The position numbers were made by a program, and so were the translations under genes. A stretch of 64,000 nt of DNA, from positions 1-64,000 of the forward strand of contig CAWFDF010000016.1 of NCBI GenBank assembly GCA_963814585.1, written 5' to 3'. Shown one piece after another: positions 1 through 11,978 of the stretch; position 1 is the stretch's first letter, and every line of letters begins with the position of its first letter. This DNA is from an uncultured delta proteobacterium (lineage in GTDB: Bacteria > Myxococcota > Myxococcia > Myxococcales > Anaeromyxobacteraceae). Below the pieces are notes generated by a model. It saw only the letters and a list, made by a program, of their open reading frames with translations. It made no database searches and was not told where the DNA came from.

Positions 1-644
1 CGGTCCGCCTGCGGGGCCCCCAGGCCGATGGTGGCGAAGCCCAGTGGCGGGAGCACCAGGGCGAGGGCCACGGTCGGGAAGCTCCGGTCACCGGCCACCA
101 GCCGGCCGAGCGCGCCGAACGCTCCGGCCGAGGCGAAGAGCATGGGGAGCAGGTTCGCGACGTAGGAGGAGGCGCCGATCGCCAGCGGGTGCTCGAGGAG
201 GGCGCTCAGCACGAACCAGGTGTCGCCCAGGGCGAGACGGAAGTGGAGGTTGACCAGCCCGATTTCCACCGGGCGCTCGGTGATCCAGCGGGCTGGAGGT
301 AGTAGAGCCCGGCGTCATAGTGCTGCGCCGGGGTCTGCATGAGCATCAGCAGCGCGACGAGCGCGGCAGCCGCGCCCGCCGCTTCCCACCGGGTCAGCCC
401 CTCCAGCAGCCAGGCGCGGCGTCGCCAGGCCAGCACCGAGCCTGCCAACCAGACGACGGCGGAGACGGCCGGAGAGAGCGCGACCACGAAGTGGAGGCGA
501 GATCCCGAGCACGGAAAGCACGCCGAGGCCGAGCAGGCCCGACACGGCGCGCCTCAGCGCCGGAGAATCCTGGTAGTGAAGCAGGGCTCCGAAGCCGAGG
601 ACCGCCGGGATCCAGGAGGCCGTGATCAGGGCGATGAGGATCAT
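1..644 (-). CDS. Polytopic membrane protein, GT-C-like (LIC_10190-like); partial at window edge, frameshifted; paralog of 31869-33499
   Basis: Begins MILIALITASWIPAVLGFG with hydrophobic helices. Motif HYDAGLYYLQ...NLHFRL matches QYDTGYYHLQ...NVHYRLGFN of the 31869 gene. Confidence 0.6.
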
Positions 645-763
645 CTCAGGGCATGCCGCGGTGCGCGGGCGGTCAGTGCTACCACCGCGGGGAGCACGCA
701 TCGGACACCATGGAGCGGGCTCTGCAATACTGGCCCGCAAGGCCCATCCCCCCAGGAGCCGAC

Positions 764-1580
764 ATGCCCGTCTTCGAAGCATACTCCCGGTACTACGACC
801 TGCTGTACCAGGACAAGGACTACGCCGCGGAGGCGCGCTTCGTCGAAGGCCTCCTGGCGCGTCACCGGACGTCGGACGCCGCGCTGCGGATCCTGGAGCT
901 GGGAAGCGGGAACGGGCCGCCACGCCCGTCGCCTCGCCGAGCAGGGACACCGGGTCCACGGAGTCGACCTGAGCCCGGAGATGGTGTCACGGGCGCAGGC
1001 CGAGCTGGCGGCCGTGCCCCCCGAGATCCGGGCGCGGGCCAGCTTCGAGGAGGCCGACCTTCGCACCTACCGGGCCGGCCAGGCCTTCGACGCGGTGGTC
1101 TGCCTCTTCCACGTGATGAGCTACCAGACCACCCGGGCCGATCTCGAGGCGGCGCTGGCGACGGCCCGGGCGCACCTGGCGCCAGGTGGCCTCTTCCTCT
1201 TCGACGCCTGGTATGGCCCCGGCGTCCTCACCACGCCCCCCTCGATCCGGACCAAGCGGGTGGCCGGCACCGGCTACTCCGTCCTGAGGCTGTCGGAGCC
1301 GACCCTCCTGGCCAACGAGAACCGGGTGGACGTTCGCTTCACGGTCTTCGCGTTCTCTGGCGACGGCGCCGTGGAGGGCGTCACCGAGGAGACCCACCGG
1401 ATGCGCTACTGGTTTCACCCGGAGATTGTCGAGGCGGCCTGCAAGGCCGGGTTCGAGGTGGCGGAGCTGGCGGAGTGGATGACGGGCCGCACACCCGATA
1501 CCGCCTCGTGGAACGTATGCTGGGCGCTTCGTGCGGTCACGCCCCCGAACGGCCCAGGACTCGCAGCACCACCGGCTTGA
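764..1580 (+). CDS. Class I SAM-dependent methyltransferase (sugar-cluster type); frameshift near 910
   Basis: MPVFEAYSRYYDLLY...ILELGSG joined to TGRH...GVDLSPEM...FDAV...LAPGGLFLFD SAM motifs. Confidence 0.85.
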
Positions 1581-3121
1581 AGGACGCGACCACGTCCCGC
1601 CGCCGCTGCGCTCCGCCCGACAGGAGCTCTCCGGCGCCGAGCTGGATCGCGCCGAGGAGGGCCGTCGCCAGGACCGCCTCGACCAGGAGCAGCGGCCAGC
1701 TGGGCGCGAGCTGCATCGAATCGCGGACCGCGCAGCCCGCGGCCAGCAGTCCGAGGGCCACCAGGGCCGGCGCGACGAGGTGCGCCGCATAGCTGGTTCC
1801 CCGGTGCTCGGTCTGAAGTCCACGCGCCACACCAGGAAGACGAGGAGCCAGCGAAGCAGCGCCGCCAGGCAGAGGCCGTAGCCGACGCCGATCAGCCCGA
1901 GCCGTGGCACCAGGAGCAGCCCCGTGCCGACCACGACCAGGCCACTCCCGACGCTGGAAATGGCGTCCCAGCGCACCCGGCCGATCCCGAGCAGGTAGTT
2001 GGCGGGTGCCACCGCCACCATCCCGATGATGCCGGCGGCGCAGAGGAGCCTGAGCGCGGGCAGGACGGCCTGGGCGGCCTCCGGGGAGACCCAGAGCGAG
2101 ATGAAGTCACCGCCGACGATGGCCAGGACGGCGGCGCAGACGCCGAAGGCGCTGGTCAGCGTCCAGCCCGCCAGGAGCGAGAGGCGCCGCGGCCTGGGCG
2201 AGCTCGCCCCGCCCCTGGAACCGGCTCACGGCCGGGAAGAGGACCTCGCCAGCCTCGGCGAACGCGGCCTGGAGCTGTCCCGCCAGCAGGCTCCCCACCG
2301 CGTAGAAGCCGACGATGATCGGGGCGTGGTACGACCCCGAGGACGTACCGGTCTCCCCAGCCGCTGAGCAGCGCGCCGGCCGTCCCGGCGGCCTGCCAGG
2401 CGCCGAAGGAGAGCGAGCGGCCGACCAGCGCCAGGTCCAGGCTGGGCCAGGCCGCGGCCCCTGGAAGCGCCCGCGCCGCGCTCCGGCACTGGAGCGCGGC
2501 CATCAGCACGGCGACGCCCGCCTGGGCCAGCAGGACGGCGATCACCCCGCCGCCCAGCGCGGCGGCCGCGACGCCCGCCAGCGTCGAGAGCCCGACCGAG
2601 AGCGCGCCGAGGCGAGCGACGTCGGCGAAGCGCTGGGTCGCCACCAGCACGGCGTTCCAGCTGACGCTGACCAGGCCGACGAGCCAGCTGAGCCCGATCA
2701 GGCGGAAGCCGAGGGTGGCGATCTCCCTGGTCCTGCCGGGGCCACCGCGAAGAGCGACGTGGCGAGCCAGGGAGCGAGGAGCGCGAGGGCCGCGGCGCCG
2801 AGCAGGCCGGCGACCACGTTGACCAGGAGCGCGCCGCGGACGACCCCGATCGCCTCCCGGTCGTCGCCCCGTCCCAGCGCCTCGGCCACGTACTTCACGG
2901 TGGCGGCGCCCATCCCGTCGAGCAGCACCAGCGGAGCGACGGCCGCCTGGAAGAGGGCCAGCAGGCCCCACTGCGACATGCCCAGCAGCCGGGTGTACAG
3001 GGGCACGGCGACCAGCCCCACCAGGACGCGGACCACGATCGCGGCGGCCTGCCAGCTGGCGTCGTGCGCCAGGCCTGGGGGCGAGGGCTGGCGTCGTTCG
3101 GGAGAGGTGGGCCACGGTCAC
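1537..3121 (-). CDS. wzx: Oligosaccharide flippase (Wzx/MOP family); several frameshifts
   Basis: Hydrophobic fragments in alternating frames: VPLYTRLLG..WGL, LD-GMGAATVKYVAE, QRFADVA, DRYVLG, EVLFPAVS, LVPRLGLIGVG. Confidence 0.75.
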
Positions 3122-3243
3122 GGCCGGCGGGGCGCCTGGCACCGCCCAGTCGAGCGTCAGGCACGCTATTACAGGCCGGGCGTGAAGTCGACCCGGCCGG
3201 CTCGCTTGACGACCCGGGGGGGCGCGGCGACGATGCCGCCGCA

Positions 3244-3685
3244 GTGGGAGACGTCGAGACCATCGAGGTGGACGGCCAGCAGGTGGCCATCATCGTGCGC
3301 GCCGGCGTCGCCGCGCCGGGCGTCCAGTTCTTCACGCCGGGGACCTACTCGCAGCAGCTGGCCAGCATGTCCCACCCGGCCGGCAAGATCATCGATCCCC
3401 ACGTCCACAACCACGTCCGGCGCGAGGTCTTCCATACCAACGAGGTGCTGGTGCTCCGGCGCGGCCGCCTGCGGGTCGACTTCTACAGCGAGGCGCGCAA
3501 GTACCGCACCAGCCGGGTCCTGGAGGCCGGCGACGTCATCCTCCTCGTCGCCGGGGGGCACGGCTTCGAGGTGCTCGAGGACGTGGAGATGATCGAGGTG
3601 AAGCAGGGGCCGTACGCGGGCGACGCCGACAAGACGCAGGTTCCCCTACGACCCCACGGTCATCCGGGCCGGCGGGGACCCGTGA
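3244..3685 (+). CDS. Cupin-fold protein typical of nucleotide-sugar clusters
   Basis: FFTP..YSQQL, HVHN, EVL..RRGRLRVDFY, GGHGFEVLEDVEMIEVKQGPY; 3' end appears frameshifted into the next gene. Confidence 0.75.
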
Positions 3686-4811
3686 CGCCCATCCCGGTCA
3701 ACGAGCCGCTGCTCGACGGCAACGAGCGCCGCTACCTCCAGCAGTGCATCGACGAGGGGTGGGTCTCGTCCGACGGCCCCTTCGTCGCCGAGTTCGAGCG
3801 GCGCTTCGCCGCCAGGGTGGCGCGCCAGCACGGGGTCGCGGTGGCCAACGGCTCGGCGGCGCTGGAGGCGGCGGTGGCCGCGCTCGGCCTGCAGCCGGGG
3901 GACGAGGTGATCGTCCCGACCTTCACCATCATCTCCTGCGTGGCGCCGCTGGTGCGAGCCGGGCTGGTGCCGGTGCTGGTGGACAGCGACCCGGCCACCT
4001 GGAACATGGACCCGGCCGCGGTGGCGCGGCGGATCGGGCCGCGCACGCGGGCCATCATGGTGGTCCACATCTACGGCCTGCCGGTGGACCTCGACCCCAT
4101 CCTGGCGCTGGCGAAGGAGCACGGGCTGCGGGTCATCGAGGACGCGGCCGAGGCGCACGGGCAGGACTACCGGGGCCGGCCCTGCGGCAGCTTCGGCGAC
4201 CTGAGCGTCTTCTCCTTCTACCCGAACAAGCACGTCACCACGGGTGAGGGTGGGATGATCCTCACCGACGACGACGGGCTGGCCGAGCGCTGCCGCGAGC
4301 TGCGCAACCTCTGCTTCGTGCCGGGCAAGCGGCGCTTCGTCCACGAGGAGCTGGGCTGGAACTTCCGCATGAGCAACCTGCAGGCGGCGGTCGGCGTGGC
4401 CCAGCTCGAGCGGCTCGACGAGTTCGTGGCCCGGAAGCGGCGCATGGGCCGCCGCTACTCGGAGCTGCTGGCCGGCGTGCCCGGCCTGGAGCTGCCGGTG
4501 GCGAGGACGCCGTACGCCGAGAACGTCTACTGGGTCTTTGGCGTGGTGCTCACCGACGAGGTGCCCTTCGACGCCGAGGAGGCGATGCGGCGCCTGGCCG
4601 CCAGGGGCATCGGCACCCGGCCGTTCTTCTACCCGATGCACCAGCAGCCGGTGTTCCGGCGCATGGGGCTGTTCGCCGCCGACCGCCACCCGGTCGCCGA
4701 GCGGCTGGCGGCGCGCGGGTTCTACCTGCCGAGCGGGCTGGCGCTCAGGGAGGAGCAGACCAGCGCCGCGTCGCCGCGGAGGTCGGGGCCGTGCTCCAGG
4801 ACCGCTCCTGA
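3682..4811 (+). CDS. DegT/DnrJ/EryC1/StrS sugar aminotransferase (perosamine synthase-like)
   Basis: IPVNEP, NGSAAL, GDEVIVPTFT, VHIYG, IEDAAEAHG, FSFYPNKHVTTGEGG (PLP Lys), GWNFRMSNLQAA; frameshift near 4760. Confidence 0.92.
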
Positions 4812-6010
4812 TGGCGCACCTCGGCCTCTACCTCGGGACCAGCCCCCATGCCGGAGGGATGTACCAGTACGGCTGAGCGTCATCCGGGGGCTCGCTCCGC
4901 TCCTGGACGCCGGGTGGACGGTCACCGCCTTCGCCCACGACGACAGCTGGCGGGCGGACCTCCCGGCCGGGTTCCGCCTGGTGGTTCGCCCCACGGGATC
5001 CCCGGTGCCTGGGCGGCGCTTGCCTGCGGACGTGTCGTCACCTCGCCGCCTGCCGCTCGCCTATTCGGGCGGATGGACCCGATGGTCCGGGCCATCGATG
5101 CGGCCGGCTGCGACCTGGTCGTCTGTCCGGGCCAGGACGCGGTCGGATACCAGCTGCGGAGCCGCGCCCTGGTCACGGTCCACGACCTGATGCACCGCTA
5201 CGAGCCGCAGTTCGAGGAGTACCAGGGCGGCGAGTACCAGGGGCGCGACCGCTACTATCGCCGCCTCTGTCACAACGCGGCAGGGATCCTCACCGACTCC
5301 GAGCTGGGCCGGCGGCAGGTGATCGAGTCCTACGCGGTGGCCGCCGAGAAGGTCTTCGTCCTGCCGTATGCAGCACCCGAGTACCTGCTGGAGCTGAAGG
5401 CTACCGACGTCCGGTCGAAGTACGGGCTGTGGGACCGGTACTTCTTCTATCCAGCCCAGTTCTGGGAGCACAAGAACCACCTGCGCCTGCTCGAGGCGGT
5501 CGCGATCCTCAAGCGGCAGGGCTTGGCACCGAAGCTGGCGCTGGCCGGTTCGAGGAAGAACGCCTTCGCTCGGGTGGTTGCCCGGATCACGGAGCTGGGC
5601 TTGAGCGACGACGTCAAGATCCTCGGCTATGTCCCGAACGAGGACATGGCCGCGCTCTACAGGGGGCGGTGGCGACCGTCTTCGTGTCCCTCATCGGACC
5701 CACCAACATCCCGCCGCTCGAGGCCATGCTGCTCGGCAGCCCGCTCATCGTCTCGAACATCTACGCCATGCCCGAGCAGGTCGGGGACGCGGCGCTCCTG
5801 GTGGACCCCAGGAACCCGGACGACATCGCCGCCGCCATGGCTCGAGCCTGGACCGATGAGCCGACGCGCCGCATGCTGATCGACCGAGGCCGGGAGCGCA
5901 GCGCACGCTGGACCGGGGCCCACTTCGGCGCGCGGCTCCGCGAGATCGTCGGCGACCTGGTGGCCGCTCCCGGTCAGGGAGCGAGCCGGGGCGCCGCCGC
6001 CGGCGCGTGA
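4811..6010 (+). CDS. Glycosyltransferase family 4; frameshifted
   Basis: TVHDLMH, FYPAQFWEHKNH, GYVPNEDM, GPTNIPPLEAM..G.P, LVDP..PDDIA. Confidence 0.85.
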
Positions 6011-7930
6011 AGCCACAGGTCCAGGTGGGGTCGCTCGACGTCCAGTGCCCAGCCCGCCGCGCGGAGCAGCCCACGAAACTCATCCAGGCCGACCGTGGGG
6101 CAGGCGGGGGAGGACGGCGCGGGCGAGGCGGGCCGCAGCTCGCCGATCCCGCCGTGCGCCAGCGCCACGCCCGGTGACTCCGTGGCGGCGCGGTCGAGCG
6201 CCGCGGCCCAGTCACCGTCGTCCGGGCACGTGAGGTAGCGGAAGCCGAACGCGACCTCCGGTCCCGCGAGGAGCGCATCGAGCGGGGTCTCCGGCGAGGT
6301 TCCGGACACGACCCAGAGCGGATCGCCGTCAAGCCGGCGCGCCACCTCGTGCCGCTCCGCCAGCGTCAGAGCATGAAACGGACCACCCGGCCTCGAGAGC
6401 CTCAGGTCACGGATGGTCAACCAGCTGGTGACGACGAGGGCCGCGGCCAGGTTGCACCCGACGATGACCGCCAGCCACCAGCGGGCACGGGGCCGCGCGA
6501 AGGGAGTTGCCGAGGCCCAGAGCAGCGCATAGCCCGCCAGCAGGGTGAGGGTGAACCGACCGGACCAGGGCTGGTAGCTGAACAGGCCGCTGATGAGCGC
6601 GAACCCTCCCAGGAAGAGCGGGAGGGCGGTGCGACGCGCCGACCCGTGGGAGCCATGGGATGAAGCACCAGGAAAGCGACGATGGAGAGGGCTCCCGTCC
6701 GTCCGGAGTCAGGACTCGGCCAGGGCTCCCAGTCCTGGACGCTGGCGGGGAGCGCGTCCGCCTCGAAGCGCACGCCGAGCGCCGAGTACACGGGCTCCAC
6801 CAGCCCCCGCATCCACTCGCGGGAGCCTGCGGGTGCATAGCCGAGCGGCTCGAGGGCCCAGTTGGCGGCGTTGACGGCGACGCCCCTCACCGCGCCCCTG
6901 AGGTCCTGCACGGCATGACTCCGCCCCGTCGGTCCGCCAACCAGGTCGCCGAAGGCCTGGTAGACGGGTCCGATCGAGCCAGCGATCAGCGCGAGCCCCA
7001 TCGCGGCCGCGAGCGCCGTCTGCCAGGAGATGCGAGGCGGACGGCCCATCCGGAACGCGCGGCAGGCCGCCACGCCGCCCAGCAGGAGGACGAACGGAAG
7101 GACGGTCGTCTTGCAGGCGATGCCGACGGCGGAGAGCAGCCCGAAGGCGGCGAGCCCGCTGCGCGTGTCACGGCCTCGTGTCCAGGCCAGGTAGCCGGCG
7201 AGCACGGGGAAGGTAGCGGCCATGTCCGAGCTCACCGAGGAGGCACGCTCGCCGACGGCCGGGAAGCTGGCGAACAGCAGGGCGGCGAGCAGCGCCCTCC
7301 AGCGCCCCAGCCCCAGGTCCCGCCCCACCAGGTAGACGCAGGCGATGGCCCCGACCGTGAGCAGCGCGTTGACCCAGGCGGCCCCAGCCCACCCCAGTCC
7401 CAGGAGGATCTTGCCTCCCAGCACGACGTTGGCGCCAACCGGAAGGCCGACCTGCTGCCACACCGGTGTGGGGAAGGCGCCGAGGTGGCCCTGCTGCATC
7501 CAGGTCACGGTTCGAGGGATGTGGTACCAGAGCCCGTCGATCTGGCGGGTCCCCTGCCAGGCGTCGGCGGCGAGCTGGATCCCGAGGAGGAGCGCCACGC
7601 CACTCGCCAGCGCCAGGGCGGCGAGGCCCCGCCGGGTGGCGAGCCATCCTCTGGCCCGTGACCACCGGGCGGTCGGCTCGCTCGCTGCGCCGGAGGCGCG
7701 AGCCCACGGCAAGCAGGACCGCGACCAGGATCCCCGAGACGGACGTGTAGGGACCGGGCCGAAGGGCGCCGGCGTGGCCGAGGCGCCAGGCCGACTCCGA
7801 GCAGCAGGAGCTCGTAGAGCGCCAGGCCGAAGACCAGGCGCTCCGCGGGAGATCGACGTCCCACCGGGACGGCCCGGATGCAGGCGAAGGGGAGCAGCAG
7901 GTAGATGAGGAGCCGAAGCCAGGTGATCAC
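5974..7930 (-). CDS. Polytopic membrane protein, putative GT-C (ArnT/PMT-like) glycosyltransferase; frameshifted
   Basis: More than 10 TM segments, DGLWYHIPR..W.QQG loop, SDM, GIACK motif; lies within the glycan cluster. Confidence 0.55.
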
Positions 7931-7965
7931 GTGGACACCGCTCCCTCGATCGTCGGCCGGTGCCG

Positions 7966-8762
7966 CTAGGCCACGCGCCTCAGCCCGAGCCGGACCGCCA
8001 GCCAGTAGGCGTAGAGCGCCCCGACCCCGGCCGATCAGGCGGAGCCGCTGGAGCGGGCCGAGATCGAGGCGTCCGGCGTGCTCGCGCTTCACGGCCACCG
8101 CCTCCCCGATGTGCCGGAGCATGTGGGCCACCGACTTGGCGTCGGCGTGGTAGCTGGCGTGGGCCAGCGTCCGCGGCAGGTAGCGGATCCGGCGCGCCCG
8201 CGGGAAGAGCCGCAGCCAGAGGTCGTAGTCCAGCGCGAAGCGCAGGTCGGTCCGGAGGCCGGCGACGTCGACGAAGAGCCGGCGGCGGAAGAAGGTCGCC
8301 GGCTGGAGCACGGGGCTGGCGGGGTGGAGGAGGGTCTCCAGCGGCGTGACGTCCGGGACGGTGCCGTACGGGCGGATGGGTCGCCCCTGCCACGTCCACG
8401 CAGAGGCCGTTGCCGTAGACCACGTCGACGGTCTCGTCGGCCTCGAAGGCCGCCACCACGTCGCGCAGGACCTGGTCATCGGCGTACAGGTCGTCCGAGT
8501 TGATCCAGGCGATGATCTCGCCGCTGGCCCGTGCCACGCCCTTGTTGACCGCGTCGGCCTGGCCGCCATCGGGTTCCGAGACCCATCGGATGCGATCCCC
8601 GTAGGTGGCCAGGATCCCCTGGGTCCCGTCGGTGGAGGCTCCGTCCACCACGATCACCTCCGCGTCCGGCAGCCGCTGCGCCAGGCAGGAGTCGAGGCAG
8701 CGCCGGATGAAGGGCGCCTGGTTCCGCGTGGGGATGACGAAGGAGACCCGCAAGGTGGCCAT
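7966..8762 (-). CDS. Glycosyltransferase family 2; frameshifted
   Basis: VSFVIPTRNQ, VVDGASTDGT, SEPDGGQADAVNKG, WINSDD, QPATFFRR, DYDLWLR. Confidence 0.9.
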
Positions 8763-8806
8763 GGTATCAGCGCGGCGGGACGCCCGGGCCGCCAGGCCCG
8801 ACCCGA

Positions 8807-9922
8807 TCACCGGCCCGCCGACGCCCTGAGGACCTCCAGCGTCCGGCGTGCCACCTCGTCCCAGCTCCAGGGACGCCTGGTGAGCCGGGTCGGGCCGTGC
8901 TGGCGCAGCGCCTCCGCCACCTGCGCCGGATCGGCGAAGTCCACCTGCCAGCCGGCGGGCACGCCGAGCTCGTCGAAGATGGGCAGGCGGGAGACCACGA
9001 TCTTCTTCCCCCGCGCCACCGCCTCCAGCACCGGGATCCCGAAACCCTCGAACTGCGTGGGAAAGAGCACCGCCTCGGCCCCGGCGTAGAGCCCCTCCAC
9101 CTCCTGCCAGGGCAGGAAGCCCAGGTGGCGGACCGCCTCGGCGACCCCGAGCTGGCGGGCCAGGCGCCAGAGCCGGTCCCAGTGGGCCGTGCGCTGGCCG
9201 GAGAGGACCAGCAGGTGGCGCTCCCAGCCACGGCGCCGGAGCTCGGCGAAGGCGCGCAGCAGGACCTCGTGTCCCTTGTGGGCGTGGCTGGCCGACGGGT
9301 AGTAGAGGTACGGCGCGCCCGGCCGGTACGGGGCCGGCGGCGGGTCCGCGACCGGATCGAGGCCGTGGGGGACCACCTCCACCCGGGCCGGGTCCACGCC
9401 GCAGCGCGCGGTCAGGTCGCGCCGGGTCACCTCCGAGATGGCGAGGATCCGGGTGGCCCGCTCCAGGCTGGCCGGGTAGATGCGGGCCCGGAAGTGCGTG
9501 TCGAAGAGGCCGAAGTTCTCCGGCATCACCAGGTGCTGCAGGTCGTGGACCGTCATCACCGACGGCACGGCCGCGCCGATCGGGAAGACCGACTGCTGCG
9601 GGTGGAGCACGACGTCGGCGTTCGCCTCGAGGGTGCGGGCCAGCCCGCCGGCGCGGTACGGGGTGAAGGCCTCGAGGATCCGCTCGGCCGCGATTGCTCC
9701 CGCGCCGCGCGGCACCACCACGCGCCGGAACCCCGGCGTGGCGGTCCCCTCGGCCACCGTCCGGTCCATGATGGCCACCAGCTCGTCGCCGCCGGCGTGG
9801 GCCGGCAGGTGCTCGAGGAGGCGGCGCAGGTAGGTCTCGGCGCCGCCGATCCGGCCCGGCCTGAACGCCAGCAGGCTCAGCGCGATGCGCACGGCGTCGA
9901 CGCCTCTCCCGGAGACGCTCAC
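8807..9922 (-). CDS. Glycosyltransferase family 4
   Basis: GGAETY, TVHDLQH, AISEVT, HKGH, FPTQFEGFGIPVLEA. Confidence 0.9.
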   Translation of the reverse strand: MSVSGRGVDAVRIALSLLAFRPGRIGGAETYLRRLLEHLPAHAGGDELVAIMDRTVAEGTATPGFRRVVVPRGAGAIAAERILEAFTPYRAGGLARTLEANADVVLHPQQSVFPIGAAVPSVMTVHDLQHLVMPENFGLFDTHFRARIYPASLERATRILAISEVTRRDLTARCGVDPARVEVVPHGLDPVADPPPAPYRPGAPYLYYPSASHAHKGHEVLLRAFAELRRRGWERHLLVLSGQRTAHWDRLWRLARQLGVAEAVRHLGFLPWQEVEGLYAGAEAVLFPTQFEGFGIPVLEAVARGKKIVVSRLPIFDELGVPAGWQVDFADPAQVAEALRQHGPTRLTRRPWSWDEVARRTLEVLRASAGR

Positions 9923-10720
9923 CGCCGTGCACCGCCCCGGACGCGCCGCGAGAGCAGCCGGTACGCGCCCACGATCGCCGCGCTCCGGAGCCGCTTGCGG
10001 AGGCGGAGCCATGCGGGAGTCCGGCGCGTACCGCAGGAAGACCTGGTAGTCCTCGGCGAACTGGTGGTGGAAGCTGGCGCCGCTCTTGCTCGACGGGTAC
10101 CAGCGGAACGCCGCCAGCGGGCGATCCAGGAAGAGCGGCTCGGAGTCCCGGGCGAACCGCAGCCAGAGGTCGAAGTCGAAGGCGTAGCGGAGCGAGGCGT
10201 CGAGCGGGCCGACCCGGTCGGTGAGCTCGCGGCGCCAGAACACGGTCATCTGGCTGACGTAGTTCTCCAGCAGCAGCCGGTCGTAGCGGTGGGCCCGGCA
10301 GAGCCGCTCCTTGTAGGCGCTCACCCAGCGGCGGATGACCCGCCCCTCCTCGTCCACGATCGGGCAGCGCCCCTGCAGCCACATCGCCTGCGGGTGCTCC
10401 CGGAAGGCCGTGGCCACGGCGTCGAGCGCGCCCGGGCAGAGCAGGTCGTCGCTGTTGACCCAGCCGATGACGTCGCCGCTCGCCCGGCGCAGCCCCTTGT
10501 TGACGGCGTCGGCCTGGCCGGCGTCCGGCTCGACGTGGAGGGCCAGCCGGCCGGCGTACCGCCGCAGCACCTCCAGCGTGCCGTCGGTGGAGCCGCCGTC
10601 CATCACCAGGTACTCCAGCTCGAAGTCGCCGCGCTGGCCGAGCACGCTCTCCACGGTCCGCTCCACGAACCGGACCTGGTCGAGCGAGGGCGTGACGATG
10701 CTGATGCGGACCGGGCTCAT
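9919..10720 (-). CDS. Glycosyltransferase family 2
   Basis: ISIVTPSLDQ, DGGSTDGT, GQADAVNKG, WVNSDD, FDFDLWLR; 3' frameshift fuses it to the GT4 in the ORF track. Confidence 0.9.
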
Positions 10721-11115
10721 GCCGCCGGCGGTCCGGCCTGGCGCTCGGCCAGGGCGCCGAGCCGCGCCACCTCCGCCCGCAGCAGGGCGCACTCCTGGGC
10801 CAGGCGGCGCGTGGTGGCCGCGGTGGACGAGCCGGCGATGGTGATGGCCAGCACGTTGACGCCAAGGTAGAGGAGCCCGGCCCCGAAGACCGCGTTCGAC
10901 GGGACGTGGATCCCCACCAGCTCCGCGGCCGCGGCCAGCAGGGCCGGGAAGGCCGTGACCGTGATGGCCGCCAGGGTGGTGAGCAGCCAGGCCAGGCTGT
11001 CGCGCACCGAGAGCCGCTGCGTCCGGATGAGCTGGATCACCCAGGCCAGGAACGAGACCAGCACCGCCAGGGAGAGGAGCTGCAGCTCGAGGGGGAGGAA
11101 GGACGGTGCGTTCAT
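10717..11115 (-). CDS. DUF2304-like small membrane protein
   Basis: LIR..RL...SLAWL, FP.L....A.LVGI..PSN, RLAQECALL; usual partner of the upstream DPM1-like GT2. Confidence 0.8.
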   Translation of the reverse strand: MNAPSFLPLELQLLSLAVLVSFLAWVIQLIRTQRLSVRDSLAWLLTTLAAITVTAFPALLAAAAELVGIHVPSNAVFGAGLLYLGVNVLAITIAGSSTAATTRRLAQECALLRAEVARLGALAERQAGPPAA

Positions 11116-11832
11116 GGCGACGCCTCGGGGGAGCGGACGGTCAGGCCCCGGACCGGGAGGAAGACCAGGGCCAGCGACACCTTGGCCAGGTAGTAGAGGG
11201 AGCGGAGCGCGGTGATCGAGGAGCTGCCGTGGGCCCGCTCGCGCATCCGCACCGGCACCTCCACGACGCGCAGGCCGGCCCGGTGGGCCACCGCGATCGA
11301 CTCGGGCTCCGGGTAGTCGGACGGGTAGGCGCGGGCGAAGAGCTGGATGGCGGCGCGGTTCGCGGCGCGGAAGCCGCTGGTCGGGTCGGTGACGCGCACG
11401 CCGCACCGCAGCCGCAGGAACCAGGACGAGGTAGCGGATCCCGACGCGTCGCGCGGCGGTGGAGCGGAAGCCGCCCGGCGCCAGGAAGCGCGAGCCGACG
11501 ACCAGGTCGGCCTCCCCCCGCCGCAACGGCCCGAGCAGCGCCTCGATCTCGGCCGGATCGTGCTGCCCGTCGCCGTCGAGCTGGACGGCGGCGTCCGCGG
11601 AGCGGTCCCGGGCCAGCAGGTAGCCGGCCTGGACGGCGCCGCCGATGCCCAGGTTCACGGGGAGGCGCAGCACCACCGCACCGGACCGGGCGGCCACGTC
11701 GGCGGTGGCGTCGGTGCTCCCGTCGTCGACCACGCAGGCGGTGGCGTCGGGCACCTCCCGGCCCAGCGCCGCCAGCAGGGCGGGGAGGGCGGTGGCCTCG
11801 TTGTAGGCGGGGATGACGACGACGGTCTTCAC
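11112..11832 (-). CDS. DPM1-like polyprenol-phosphate glycosyltransferase (GT2); frameshift near 11425
   Basis: VIPAYNE, VDDGSTD, NLGIGGAVQAG, DGDGQHDP, VVGSRF, TDPTSGFRA, DYPEPE, EVPVRMRER..GSSS. Confidence 0.9.
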
Positions 11833-11839
11833 CGGCCCG

Positions 11840-11848
11840 AGTGTAGCA
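11840..11848 (-). promoter_or_regulatory. Possible extended -10 element (TGcTACACT), 7 nt before the GTG start, suggesting a leaderless mRNA
   Basis: Reverse strand reads GATGCTACACT-CGGGCCG-GTG. Confidence 0.35.
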
Positions 11849-11978
11849 TCGGCACCGTGACCCGGGCGTCGGGCGACCTGGGCGCACGCCGCGGTGGCGC
11901 AGGCGGCGCGGTGGTGGTATCTGGGTCGACCGTCCGCGCCGGCCCTTCACACACTCGCTGACGCGTCGCGCCGCTCAC

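Noticed and set aside
3064..5190. Cupin-DegT-GT4 fusion protein (708 aa ORF)
   Set aside because: GTGA and TGATG stop/start overlaps at 3682 and 4809 indicate separate genes merged by indels
8807..10792. GT2-GT4 fusion (661 aa ORF)
   Set aside because: A GTGA overlap at 9919-9922 suggests two genes joined by a frameshift
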